Of a stretch of 64,000 nucleotides of DNA, positions 1-9,244 are shown one piece after another (position 1 is the first letter of the stretch; each line of letters opens with the position of its first letter). Both the position numbers and the translations under genes were made by a program. Under the pieces are notes generated by a model that was not told the DNA's origin, ran no database searches, and saw only the letters and a program-made list of their open reading frames with translations. The DNA comes from Gammaproteobacteria bacterium (lineage in GTDB: Bacteria; Pseudomonadota; Gammaproteobacteria; Ga0077536), in contig CAXXLL010000003.1 of the NCBI GenBank assembly GCA_963662545.2, positions 2,816,001 to 2,880,000 on the forward strand, read 5' to 3'.

Positions 1-2039
1 GGTTTGTTGAGTCTCGCGAGGAGCTGTTTGAGGTTGAACGCCGGAACATCGAGTTTACCTTCGAAGGTCGGCTCGCTCATGATTTTCTCGGCATCGACGT
101 TGGCTTTAACGTTGAGGCCGAGGCCGGTCACCGAAAGGTCATCCAGCACGAGAGTTTCTTTGTCGAGATTGGCCCGCGCGGAACCCGCGGCGACCCTGAG
201 TTCGACGGGTTTCTTGACGCCCGCGCCGGCAACGGTGGTGGTCAAGGTGAGCGGACTTAAGATTAGATCCGAAAGGCTGCCCTTGACGCCCGCATCGATC
301 TTTACGCTGTGCATTGATTTGGCGAGGTCGGCCTGTCCGACGCTGCGCAACAGGGGACCGAGATTCTTGCCTTCCACGCTGAGCCTGCCATCCAGGGTGC
401 CATCGCCCTCTTCGAAGTCGACGTCCTCGCCCTTCATGTTGCCGCGAATCTCGAGCCCGATCAGATCCGCCGAGAGTTTGGGTAATGAAATACGTCCGGA
501 CTTCAAATCGATGTCGAAATTCGCTTCAACTTTGAAGCCCTTCGCCTTTTCCTTGGCCAGCGATTTGGCCATGTCGGTTAGCGCCTTGCCGTCGGCTTGA
601 AACTGCGCCGCAACGGCGAGCATGGACGGGAGATCCGGTCCCGAGGCCTTGAGCGTTCCCTTGATGGCGGGCTTGTCCGTGTCGGCATGGGTGGCGAAGA
701 CTTCGCCCGTGATCGTGTTGCCGAGTAGCTTGACGTTGAGCTTCGGTAGCGAGGCCAGGCCTGCGCCCAGGTCGGCGTCGAGATCGGCGTCGATGGCGAA
801 CGATTTATCCTTGGCACTGCGCAGCGCCTGGTTGAGGCTCTTGAGCGTCTCCGCGTCCGCACCCTGGATCTGGCCGAGTACGGCCAGCAGGGTCGGCAGG
901 TCGGGGCCGCGCGCATTGAGGCTACCCTTGGCGACGGGCTTGTCGGTATTCGCCTCGGTGGCCTTGAAGCTGCCGCTCAGCCTGGCGCCCAGCATGTTGC
1001 CTTCGAACTTGCTGAGCGTTGCGTCGCCCGTCTCCATGTTGGCGTCGAAGGCCGCGGCAAAATTGAAAGCACGGTTCGAGATACCGGCGAGCTGTTTGCC
1101 GACCGGTAGTTCAAAGGCGTTGAAGATCAGTGCGAGGTCCTTGCCATCGACGTTCAGAAACCCTTTTGCGCTCGGGATCTCGTCTTCGATATCCGTGGCG
1201 GTGAACTCCCCTTCGACCGTCGTGCCGAGGCCGCTCAACTTGAGCCCGGTGATCCTGGCGATTTCATCGGCGAGATTGACGTCGATTTCCGCGCCGGCTT
1301 CGATCGTCGCCGCGCCGCCCGGCAGGTGCTTGCCGCGCAAGATGGCCTTAAACGCGAGCGGATTTACCTGGTAGCGCTCGTCATCGAGATTGTAAGACAC
1401 CGTGCCGGTCAGGCTGACATCACCGTCCAGCGCCGGCTTGTTGGCCACGACGGTCAACGAGGCATTGAAGTCGATCGGATCACCAAAGGTCAGTTCGCCC
1501 GTTGCGGCGTTGATTTTGGAGATCGTGATCTTCTGGTCGGTCGCGGCGTCGCTCCAGGTGAAGCGTGCATCCTTGATGTCGACACCGCCGAGCACGAACG
1601 AGGCCAGGCCGCCGCCATGCGGTTCCGTTTCGCCATCGCCGCCCGCGAGATCCTGCCAGTTGGTTACGCCGTCGGCGTTTCTCGCCAGGTTTACGACCAC
1701 GCCGTGAAGCTTGATGGTGTCCATCTCGATGCGCTCGCGCAGCAAGGGCAGGGTCGCGACGGCAACCTGGATTTCGTCCGCGGCGAACATGGGCTCATCG
1801 CCGAACCCGGGTGCGTTGCTCAACGACAGCGGTCCGGCTTTAAGCCTGAGCTTGGGCCAGAAGGCCCACTCCAGTGGGCCCTCGAGCGTGAGTTCCCGGC
1901 CCGTCTGATCGCGGACTTTTTCGGCGATGAGCTCCTTGAAGTCGTTGGGATCGGAAAAGGCAACGAATGCCGCAGCGCCGCCGACCACGATGATGACGGC
2001 TGCGATGAGCAACAGGACGAGTATTTTTAGTGCTTTCAT
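1..2039 (-). CDS. asmA: AsmA family protein (3' end runs off the window)
   Basis: Manual minus-strand translation from ATG 2039: MKALKILVLLLIAAVIIVVGGAAAFVAFSDPNDFKELIAEKVRDQTGRELTLEGPLEWAFWPKL, a typical AsmA N-terminus. GGAG RBS upstream. The same frame near position 1 reads ...GKLDVPAFNLKQLL. Absent from the ORF track because it has no stop in the window. Confidence 0.85.
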   Translation of the reverse strand, partial: MKALKILVLLLIAAVIIVVGGAAAFVAFSDPNDFKELIAEKVRDQTGRELTLEGPLEWAFWPKLRLKAGPLSLSNAPGFGDEPMFAADEIQVAVATLPLLRERIEMDTIKLHGVVVNLARNADGVTNWQDLAGGDGETEPHGGGLASFVLGGVDIKDARFTWSDAATDQKITISKINAATGELTFGDPIDFNASLTVVANKPALDGDVSLTGTVSYNLDDERYQVNPLAFKAILRGKHLPGGAATIEAGAEIDVNLADEIARITGLKLSGLGTTVEGEFTATDIEDEIPSAKGFLNVDGKDLALIFNAFELPVGKQLAGISNRAFNFAAAFDANMETGDATLSKFEGNMLGARLSGSFKATEANTDKPVAKGSLNARGPDLPTLLAVLGQIQGADAETLKSLNQALRSAKDKSFAIDADLDADLGAGLASLPKLNVKLLGNTITGEVFATHADTDKPAIKGTLKASGPDLPSMLAVAAQFQADGKALTDMAKSLAKEKAKGFKVEANFDIDLKSGRISLPKLSADLIGLEIRGNMKGEDVDFEEGDGTLDGRLSVEGKNLGPLLRSVGQADLAKSMHSVKIDAGVKGSLSDLILSPLTLTTTVAGAGVKKPVELRVAAGSARANLDKETLVLDDLSVTGLGLNVKANVDAEKIMSEPTFEGKLDVPAFNLKQLLARLNK

Positions 2040-2059
2040 AGCAAGCTCCAGAGGATGGA

Positions 2060-3463
2060 TCAGGGTAGCGCCCGGGCGATGCGCTCGCGGGCGCGATCAC
2101 ACGCCGCCCGCACCTGGTCGGGCGCCGTCGCACCGAAATGCGCACGCGCCTTGAGGGCATTGTCCAGGTCGAGCACGTCGTAAATCGAATCATCGAGATC
2201 CGGATCAATGGCCTTGAAATCTTCGAGTGAGAGATCCTTCAACTCGCAGCCGCGTTCGATGGCCAGCTGGACGGCGCGGCCGACCGCTCCATGCGCGTCT
2301 CGGAACGGACGGCCGAGCCGAACGAGATGGTCTGCCAGATCCGTGGCCGCAAGGTAGCCGCTTGCCGCCGCTTCGCGCATACGCGCCCGGTTGAGCTTGA
2401 TCGACGGCACCAATTCGGTTAACGCACGGATACAGGCGCTGGTGGTATCGACGGTGTCAAACACGGGCTCCTTATCCTCCTGGTTATCCTTGTTATAGGC
2501 CAGCGGCTGCGATTTCATGAGCGTCAACAGGGCCATCAGGTGACCGATCACGCGACCTGATTTCCCGCGCACGAGTTCGGGCACGTCCGGGTTCTTCTTC
2601 TGCGGCATCATCGAAGAGCCCGTACAGAACGCGTCATCCAGTTCGATGAAACCAAAAGCCTGAGAGTTCCACAGCACGAGTTCTTCGGCCATGCGCGAGA
2701 AATGCACCATGAGTAGCGCAGCGGCCGCCGTGAACTCAATGGCAAAATCACGATCGCTGACGGCGTCCAGCGAATTCTCGGCAACGGCATCGAAGCCCAG
2801 CAATTCCGCCGCGCGAGCTCGGTCGATGGGAAAAGTCGTGCCCGCCAGCGCGCCCGCCCCGAGCGGCAGCGTGTTGACGCGGCGTCTGCAGTCGAGGAGC
2901 CTGCCGGCATCGCGCATCAGCATTTCGAACCACGCCAGCATGTGGTGTCCGAAGGAAATCGGTTGCGCGGCTTGCAGGTGCGTGTAACCCGGCAGGAGCG
3001 TCCCGGTTTCCTGTACGGCCACATCGACCAGCGCGGTCATCAGGTCGCGCAGGCCGCCGAGTAGCGCATCGATCTCGTCGCGCAGGTAAAGCCGCAGATC
3101 GGTTGCGACCTGGTCGTTGCGTGAACGCGCGGTGTGCAGTTTCTTGCCGGCTTCCCCGATCCGATCGACCAGCGCACGCTCGATATTCATGTGCACGTCT
3201 TCGAGTTCGACCGACCAGATGAATCGATCGCCCGCAATATCTTCGCCGATCGCCCGCAGACCCTGTTCGATCCGGTTGAATTCGTCGTCAGACAGCACGC
3301 CGTTCTCGGCCAGCATGCGTGCGTGCGCGATCGACGCCTCGATATCATAGGGTGCGAGCCGTTTGTCGAAGACAACGGAGGCCGTAAACGCCTCGACGAA
3401 GGCGTCGATGGGTGCGGTGAAACGCCCGCCCCACGGCTTTTTGCTTTCGTGTCGTGCTGACAT
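2060..3463 (-). CDS. argH: Argininosuccinate lyase
   Basis: WGGRF N-terminus, [21 protein letters not shown] signature. Start placed at ATG 3463. Confidence 0.97.
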   Translation of the reverse strand: MSARHESKKPWGGRFTAPIDAFVEAFTASVVFDKRLAPYDIEASIAHARMLAENGVLSDDEFNRIEQGLRAIGEDIAGDRFIWSVELEDVHMNIERALVDRIGEAGKKLHTARSRNDQVATDLRLYLRDEIDALLGGLRDLMTALVDVAVQETGTLLPGYTHLQAAQPISFGHHMLAWFEMLMRDAGRLLDCRRRVNTLPLGAGALAGTTFPIDRARAAELLGFDAVAENSLDAVSDRDFAIEFTAAAALLMVHFSRMAEELVLWNSQAFGFIELDDAFCTGSSMMPQKKNPDVPELVRGKSGRVIGHLMALLTLMKSQPLAYNKDNQEDKEPVFDTVDTTSACIRALTELVPSIKLNRARMREAAASGYLAATDLADHLVRLGRPFRDAHGAVGRAVQLAIERGCELKDLSLEDFKAIDPDLDDSIYDVLDLDNALKARAHFGATAPDQVRAACDRARERIARALP

Positions 3464-3618
3464 TTTCGGTGGCCGAAAAGGCGCTCGCGCGCCGGATGAG
3501 GGAATGTGCGAGTATATCGCAGGAAGACTCACCGGCGGTTGCCTGAATAGTGGGGATCGACGGGCAAGAGGCTGACGACACCAACCGAAGCTTTACCTGG
3601 CGACGCTTTCAGCTTCTC

Positions 3619-4689
3619 ATGCAGAAAATTTCAACGGCGACGAACGACGACACAGCGGATACGGTTTTTCTGCCGGATCTGTGCGGCGTTACGGCCCTAT
3701 TTGTCGTCGTCGTTGTCGGGGAACTCGTCGCGTTGGTCATCGTCATCACGGGGACAGGGTTCTCGCGTGCGTTTTTCGACGAGCTGGCCCTCGTATCGTT
3801 TTACACGCAGTGGCTCGGGTTGTCCTCGTCGGCGGTGCTTTGCGCTGCGCGTAAACCGCTTAATGGCTTCGACGAACGGAGCATCGCGGTGATTTGCTAC
3901 CTGCTCATTCTCATCGTCGCGTACACGGTTGCGGAACTGGCGTGGTGGGTGGTCAATCCGGTCGATGACGCAGGTGCGCTGATCGAACTCTCACGCGGGG
4001 AGTTGATCCTGCGCACGCTCAGTGTCAGTGCCATTGTCGGCGCGCTGGTGCTGCGCTATTTCTACGTCCAGTTTCACTGGAAACAACGCATTGCTTCGGA
4101 GGCATCTGCACGGCTCGAAGCACTGCAGGCGCGTATCCGGCCGCATTTCTTTTTTAATTGCATGAATACAATCGCGAGCCTGACGCGATCGGATCCGCAA
4201 CTCGCCGAGCGCGCCGTAGAAGATCTCGCCGACTTGTTCCGCGCCAATCTCGCCGATGCCCGTGCGCCGGTCCCGATCGACGAGGAAATAGCCTTTGTCG
4301 AGCGCTACTTGAACATCGAACGCCTTCGACTCGGCGATCGTCTCGCAGTCGATTGGTAGATCGACGAAATGCCGGATGGTGCTCGCTTGCCGCTGTTGAG
4401 TCTCCAACCTATCGTCGAAAACGCCATTTATCACGGTATCGAGCCGTCGAGTGCCGGGGGAACTGTGGAGATCAGAGCACGCGTCGTCGGCGGTCAACTG
4501 GAAGTCACGGTAGCGAATCCGTTCAACGAGAAAGCCGATTCCGGTCGACGCGGTAATCGGATCGCGCTGGATAACGTCAAACAGCGATTGCGGGCCCATT
4601 TCGGTGAGGCCGCCGACGTACGGACGAAAATTGGTGGTGCGCGTTACGAGGTGCGGCTTGTGGTGCCGCTGACGGGCAGCGGGGCATGA
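3619..4689 (+). pseudogene. algZ: AlgZ/FimS-type LytS-family sensor kinase interrupted by an in-frame TAG at 4357-4359
   Basis: TM region, then ALQARIRPHFFFNCMNTIASL. After the TAG the same frame continues LQPIVENAIYHG...GNRIALDNV (HATPase). It overlaps the start of algR. Confidence 0.8.
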
Positions 4690-5420
4690 GGATCCTCATC
4701 GTCGATGACGAACCCCTCGCGCGCAAGCGCCTGTCGTCGCAGGTGCGCGACCTCGGGATGGGGGAGGTCGTAGGCGAAGCGGAAAATGGATTCGGCGCGC
4801 TGGAAATGGTGGCGTCGTTACGACCGGACGTGGTGCTGCTCGATGTCCGCATGCCGGAGATGGATGGCCTGGAAGCAGCCCGGCACATAGGTGGACTGTC
4901 GTCGCCACCGGCGGTCGTCTTTACAACCGCCTATGACGAGCACGCCCTGGCCGCCTTTGAGACGCAAGCCCTCGATTACCTGCTCAAACCGGTGCGTAGC
5001 GAACGATTGCGCGATGCGCTTAACCGAGCCGAAATGCTCGTTGCCGGCCGCAACCTGCTGCAATTCGATTCGGAGACTGCGGTCGGCCGGCGCCGCCATG
5101 TCAGCGCGATTGTCAGCGGCGGTCTGCGCTTACTCCCGATCAAAGAAGTCATTTACCTGCAGGCTGATCAGGGTTACGTCAGTGCCGTATCCGCCGATTC
5201 GCGGCTTTTGATCGAAGACTCTCTCCGCTCACTCGAAGCGGAGTTTGGCGACTGTTTCGTGCGTATTCACCGCAACGCACTCGTTCAGCCGCAGCACGTA
5301 CGCGGTCTCGAAAAGGACCGCAGCGGCAACTCGGTCATCGTATTCGAGGCATTGAGCGATGGTCTGGTCGTGAGCCGTCGTCTGCTCGGGCAGGTGCGAA
5401 AACGCCTGCGTTATGTCTAA
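4686..5420 (+). CDS. algR: LytTR-family response regulator (AlgR-like)
   Basis: REC domain (VDDEPLAR, LLDVRMP, FTTAY, KP) plus LytTR domain (FVRIHRNALV, VSRR). argH-algZ-algR arrangement. Confidence 0.92.
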   Translation: MRILIVDDEPLARKRLSSQVRDLGMGEVVGEAENGFGALEMVASLRPDVVLLDVRMPEMDGLEAARHIGGLSSPPAVVFTTAYDEHALAAFETQALDYLLKPVRSERLRDALNRAEMLVAGRNLLQFDSETAVGRRRHVSAIVSGGLRLLPIKEVIYLQADQGYVSAVSADSRLLIEDSLRSLEAEFGDCFVRIHRNALVQPQHVRGLEKDRSGNSVIVFEALSDGLVVSRRLLGQVRKRLRYV

Positions 5421-5506
5421 GAAACCTCTGAATAAGTCATGACACATGTGCCTTGCGCCTTAAATCGCGCGGCTCTGCGTTACGAATCTTAGCCCTAGTC
5501 CCTGCT

Positions 5507-6929
5507 CATAGGTTAGTTCTTAAGCGGCCGCATGAACATGCTGAAGGCCGAGCTTGAGTCGTCCCGAAATGCAATCGCGGTCAGGTTTTGCGCGCTGAGC
5601 GTTGCTGGCCAAATAGCGCAACGCGTGTTCGAGCGGTCGGTGTAAAGAGCGGGGCCGATGGATAAGCGTATGGAGAATGGGACCGAGCACGTGATGAATG
5701 CACTTGGCCGCGGTATGAGTCGAGATGGCGACGTTCAACCAGCGCTCGGTGACATGAGCGCAATAGCGCTGCAGCGTTGCGGCGCATAGTGCGGCCCAGA
5801 TAAGCCCTTCGGCGATGTGCGGGTTGGCGGTATCAAAGGCGTGTAGATTGGCGTAAGACTTCCACTCTTTGAATAGCAGCTCGACCTGCCAGCGTAATCG
5901 ATACGCGTCGCTAATATGCTCGGGCGTAAAGGTGGTGGCGTCGAGATTGGTGATGAGATAACGAGGTGCTGCACCTTTTTTAAGGTTGGGGTGCACGACT
6001 AAACGACAGGTCCAGGGTCCCTGCACGCCGTCGAATTGCACGGCCATGTCGAGGCAATCGAAGCGCTTTAAGGTCGATGCCACCGCTTTCAATCGCTGCT
6101 TGTCAAAGCGTTTGACCCGCCGCCCATCGGCGCGACGAGCGGCAACGATCAGCGGATTGATACCTTGACCCGCGCGCACGATGAAATAGCCGCCGGCGGT
6201 GTCGAGCGCTTCAAAGTAAGGCCGCGCGAAGTAGCCACGGTCGGCCAGCAGCAAACCACCAGCGACCTCTTCAACGGCCGGCAAGAACTGCCGCTCTGCT
6301 GAGCTGTCAGGGCTGAGTACGACCTCGTTCAGGGTCTCACTGAGCAGGTCGAGATCGGCATGGAGCTCTACCGCGGCGGGACTCACGGTCGTGAAGCGAC
6401 CGGGAAAGCTGTCCTTCAGCGCCGGTTTTAACGCAAACGAGGTGCCGTCCTGGATGCGGATGTGGTCAAACTGCGCAAATGGGCTGTTGGGTTCGAATCG
6501 GAGGACATCGCAGGCCAGGCCATTGAGCAATTCGCTTAGCAGCGCTTGCATAAACATCGGAAACTGTTTTTTGGCGAGCTGATTATGAAACGGTTTGTAG
6601 CGCACCGTGGTCGAGCACAGCGCATTGAAAGCGCGTTGAATATCAGCGATACAGCTCGCTGAGTGCCCGGCGAAGCTTTCGATTAGGCTTACCGCTAAAC
6701 GGAACGGCGTGACCTCCCTTTCTCGGCGACAGAATCGCGTTGCACGCCCCAAGTCGTTGAGCGTACGCTCGCCTAGCGTGCGTTTTAACTGCCGGCTCAC
6801 TGTGCTAATTTCGCTGTGCTTCATCCGATACTCCCAGATCACGAAGTCGATTGGTGTTGATTTCATGATCTGATCGGATGGAGCGCTTTTGGTTCCCTCT
6901 TTTCAACGGCTTATAAGATCCGACCTATG
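5507..6929 (-). mobile_element. Complete IS4-family insertion sequence (1423 bp)
   Basis: Terminal inverted repeats CATAGGTTAGTTCTTA and CATAGGTCGGATCTTA (13/16 match). Perfect 10-bp target duplication AGTCCCTGCT at 5497-5506 and 6930-6939. Confidence 0.93.
5520..6824 (-). CDS. IS4-family DDE transposase
   Basis: QDGTSF, LADRGY and YRLRWQVELLFKEWK (YREK signature). GGGAG RBS before ATG 6824. Confidence 0.93.
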   Translation of the reverse strand: MKHSEISTVSRQLKRTLGERTLNDLGRATRFCRREREVTPFRLAVSLIESFAGHSASCIADIQRAFNALCSTTVRYKPFHNQLAKKQFPMFMQALLSELLNGLACDVLRFEPNSPFAQFDHIRIQDGTSFALKPALKDSFPGRFTTVSPAAVELHADLDLLSETLNEVVLSPDSSAERQFLPAVEEVAGGLLLADRGYFARPYFEALDTAGGYFIVRAGQGINPLIVAARRADGRRVKRFDKQRLKAVASTLKRFDCLDMAVQFDGVQGPWTCRLVVHPNLKKGAAPRYLITNLDATTFTPEHISDAYRLRWQVELLFKEWKSYANLHAFDTANPHIAEGLIWAALCAATLQRYCAHVTERWLNVAISTHTAAKCIHHVLGPILHTLIHRPRSLHRPLEHALRYLASNAQRAKPDRDCISGRLKLGLQHVHAAA

Positions 6930-7028
6930 AGTCCCTGCTATTACCTGCGATTCGTGCCTTGATATGCACGATTTCATGCACTATTCACACGCACCATGAC
7001 TAATTCAGTGGTTCCCTAAGACAGGGGT

Positions 7029-7076
7029 CATGCCGCACCCTTGAACCGCCTCGACGGCGCTGATGAAACATGTAGG
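7029..7076. repeat. Degenerate right-end remnant of the element at 25962-26217
   Basis: CATGCCGCACCCTTGAACCGCCTCG...GCTGATGAAACATGTAGG resembles CATGCCGCACCCTTGAACCACCTCG...GCTGGTGAGATATGCGAG at about 26163-26213. Confidence 0.7.
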
Positions 7077-7802
7077 TTATTTGAGATCACCCCACAAAGC
7101 CTGCACGATCGACAAGGCGGTGACGGCGGCCGTTTCGGTTCGCAGCGTGCGGGGACCGAGATGGACGGGGGTCACGCCGGCATTTTCAAGTGCTTCGATC
7201 TCACGTTCGTCGAAGCCACCTTCGGGTCCGGCGACAATGGTGATATCGGGCGTCGGCGGTGACTGTTGCGCGAGGCCCTGAGGTGCTTTCGCGTTGAGAA
7301 GAAAGCGATGGCCCGACGCAGTTTCGGTGAGCCACTGATCGAGATGGGCGGCAGCATGCACATCGGGCAGCCGAGTGCGGCCGCTTTGCTCAGCGGCGTG
7401 GCGCGCGATGCCGCACCAGTGTGCGAGGCGCTTCTCGGCGCGATCGCCGTCAAGACGCACCGCGGTCCGGCGGCTGATCACCGGTACGATGTGCCGTATC
7501 CCGAGCTCGACCGCTTTCTGAATGGTGTAGTCCATCCGTTCGCCGCGAGAAATCGACTGTACCAGCGTCAGGTCGAGCAGCGATTCTGTATCAACCGGGC
7601 GGAAGCCGTTGATAATCGCGCGTACTTCACTGCGCGCGACCTTGGTCAACCGCGCGTCGTACTCGCCGCCTGCGCCATTGAACAGGATGACTTCAGCATC
7701 CCGTGCGAGTCGCAACACGGTGCGGACGCGGTGACCCACGTCCACGGGGAGTTCGCGTTCTTCCCCCACCTGGATCTCGCCTTCTATGTAGAGTCGCGCC
7801 AT
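7077..7802 (-). CDS. rsmE: 16S rRNA m3U1498 methyltransferase
   Basis: VLRL, IQKAVELG, AAEQSGR, GPEGGF, LGPRTLRTETA motifs. Confidence 0.96.
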   Translation of the reverse strand: MARLYIEGEIQVGEERELPVDVGHRVRTVLRLARDAEVILFNGAGGEYDARLTKVARSEVRAIINGFRPVDTESLLDLTLVQSISRGERMDYTIQKAVELGIRHIVPVISRRTAVRLDGDRAEKRLAHWCGIARHAAEQSGRTRLPDVHAAAHLDQWLTETASGHRFLLNAKAPQGLAQQSPPTPDITIVAGPEGGFDEREIEALENAGVTPVHLGPRTLRTETAAVTALSIVQALWGDLK

Positions 7803-8025
7803 ATCCCCGCAATCCGGATGGTCGGAATATGGACATAACGACGTCCATCAAGCAGGTTTGTACTTGATGAATAGAACTCGGCGCCAGATCTATTTCGATG
7901 GTATGTCGTCGTCGAAGCGAGTCGGCAAGCGATAGAAAATCGTTTTTTCAACATGCTGTTAGTTGATCGCCTATGACCATCATACCGCGCTAACATAGCG
8001 GGACTCCCGTGGCGGATAGACAGAC

Positions 8026-8472
8026 ATGTTTCGCACTCTCAAAGCATTATTCGACGACCGAATAGCAAGTTATGCCACAGCCGATGACGAGGTCGACGCC
8101 TTGCCGCTTGCGGTTGCCGCGTTACTGTTCGAGATTTCGAGGGCAGACCACGAGGTCCATGAGGACGAACGCAAGGAAATGGTGCGCGCCATCGGTACCG
8201 TGTGTGAACTTGAAGAGAGCGATATCGCAAGCTTGCTCGAGACGGCGGACACGGCGGTCGAGGAGGCGGTATCGCTTTTTGATTTCACCTCGGTCGTCAA
8301 CGAGCATTTGAATCGTGAGAAAAAGTACGAACTGTTGCTGGTGCTCTGGCGTATCGCCTATGCCGACGGGAGGCTCGACCGCTACGAGGAATACTACATT
8401 CGGAAGATCGCGGATCTACTGCACCTCTCGCACGCGGATTTTATCCGCGCCAAGCACGCGGCGGCGGATTGA
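8026..8472 (+). CDS. TerB-family protein
   Basis: AALLFEISRAD, SLFDFTSVVN, LWRIAYADGRLDRYEEYYIRKIADLL pattern. Confidence 0.85.
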   Translation: MFRTLKALFDDRIASYATADDEVDALPLAVAALLFEISRADHEVHEDERKEMVRAIGTVCELEESDIASLLETADTAVEEAVSLFDFTSVVNEHLNREKKYELLLVLWRIAYADGRLDRYEEYYIRKIADLLHLSHADFIRAKHAAAD

Positions 8473-8632
8473 CAAACGGACGAAGTCTGACGAGCGCCCG
8501 CAAGCGGACTCCTACGATAACCGTCAACCTACGCTCATTGGCAAGATCTTCGTGGCTCATTGCGATCGTATTTAGGAACTGGAATCTTAAAAACTTACCT
8601 CTGAATCTACGCTAGCAAGAGAACGCCTTTCT

Positions 8633-9115
8633 TCAAGCTGCCGATCCGTGCGCCGGGATTATGTATTCGGTGCCTAGCATTGCCAGGATCAAGCGATCTT
8701 CGAGCTCGATTCGGGTGGCGATCTCTTCGGCCAGAGTCGACAGATCGGTCGTCAATCGCGCCTCGATCACGGGCGCATCGAGTGCTTCGTACTTGTCCGT
8801 GAATTCCACCGCTACATCGGTCGTCTTCGCAATCCGCGGATATATTTCGCGCGCGGTTTCGAGCACGCTCTGCCGCCGCTCTGTACCCTCCGAGATTCGC
8901 TGGTAGAGACCAAAATGTCCAGTGGCGATGTAATCGACGAGAATCTCCTGAAACTCTTCAAGCGTCTCGCGAATGTTCTGGTCGATCTTTGCGAAATCAA
9001 GCTTTGAAAGCTCCCACAACAGCACCAGCATCTGCTGCCGTTGCTGCAACATGTCTTCGATCAGTTTGCGAGAGCGTGGGCGCTCGCTAGTGCTTGCTGA
9101 AACGTGTTCGGGCAT
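8633..9115 (-). CDS. rsd: Rsd/AlgQ anti-sigma70 factor
   Basis: LVDYIATGHFGLY, F.DKY, RIELEDRLI. Start trimmed to ATG 9115; the longer ORF extension is an antisense shadow of the kinase. Confidence 0.9.
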   Translation of the reverse strand: MPEHVSASTSERPRSRKLIEDMLQQRQQMLVLLWELSKLDFAKIDQNIRETLEEFQEILVDYIATGHFGLYQRISEGTERRQSVLETAREIYPRIAKTTDVAVEFTDKYEALDAPVIEARLTTDLSTLAEEIATRIELEDRLILAMLGTEYIIPAHGSAA

Positions 9116-9244
9116 TTGTTGTGAACCAGTCGTTTTTTTTGCGCGCCTAATGTAACCCGTCGATGGTGCAAAAGCACCTATGGCCCCGCCGGATACGCAC
9201 CGGAATCGTGCGATTTTGCCACCGCCCGGCGCTATAATCCGCGC

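Larger units (their letters stand above)
5421..7015. mobile_element. 162-bp MITE (copy 1), split by an IS4 insertion
   Basis: Begins GAAACCTCTGAATAAGT, ends ACTAATTCAGTGGTTCC, flanked by CTAA (5417-5420, 7016-7019). Segments 5421-5506 and 6940-7015 sum to 162 bp and align with the intact copy at 21598-21759. Confidence 0.85.

Noticed and set aside
4-2030. Plus-strand ORFs 4-600, 622-1374 and 1326-2030
   Set aside because: Antisense shadows of the minus-strand asmA gene, with no recognisable motifs.
4357-4359. Pyrrolysine or genetic-code reassignment of TAG
   Set aside because: TAG ends several intact genes here (RND permease, dmpL, MMPL, DUF1302) and no pyl genes are visible.
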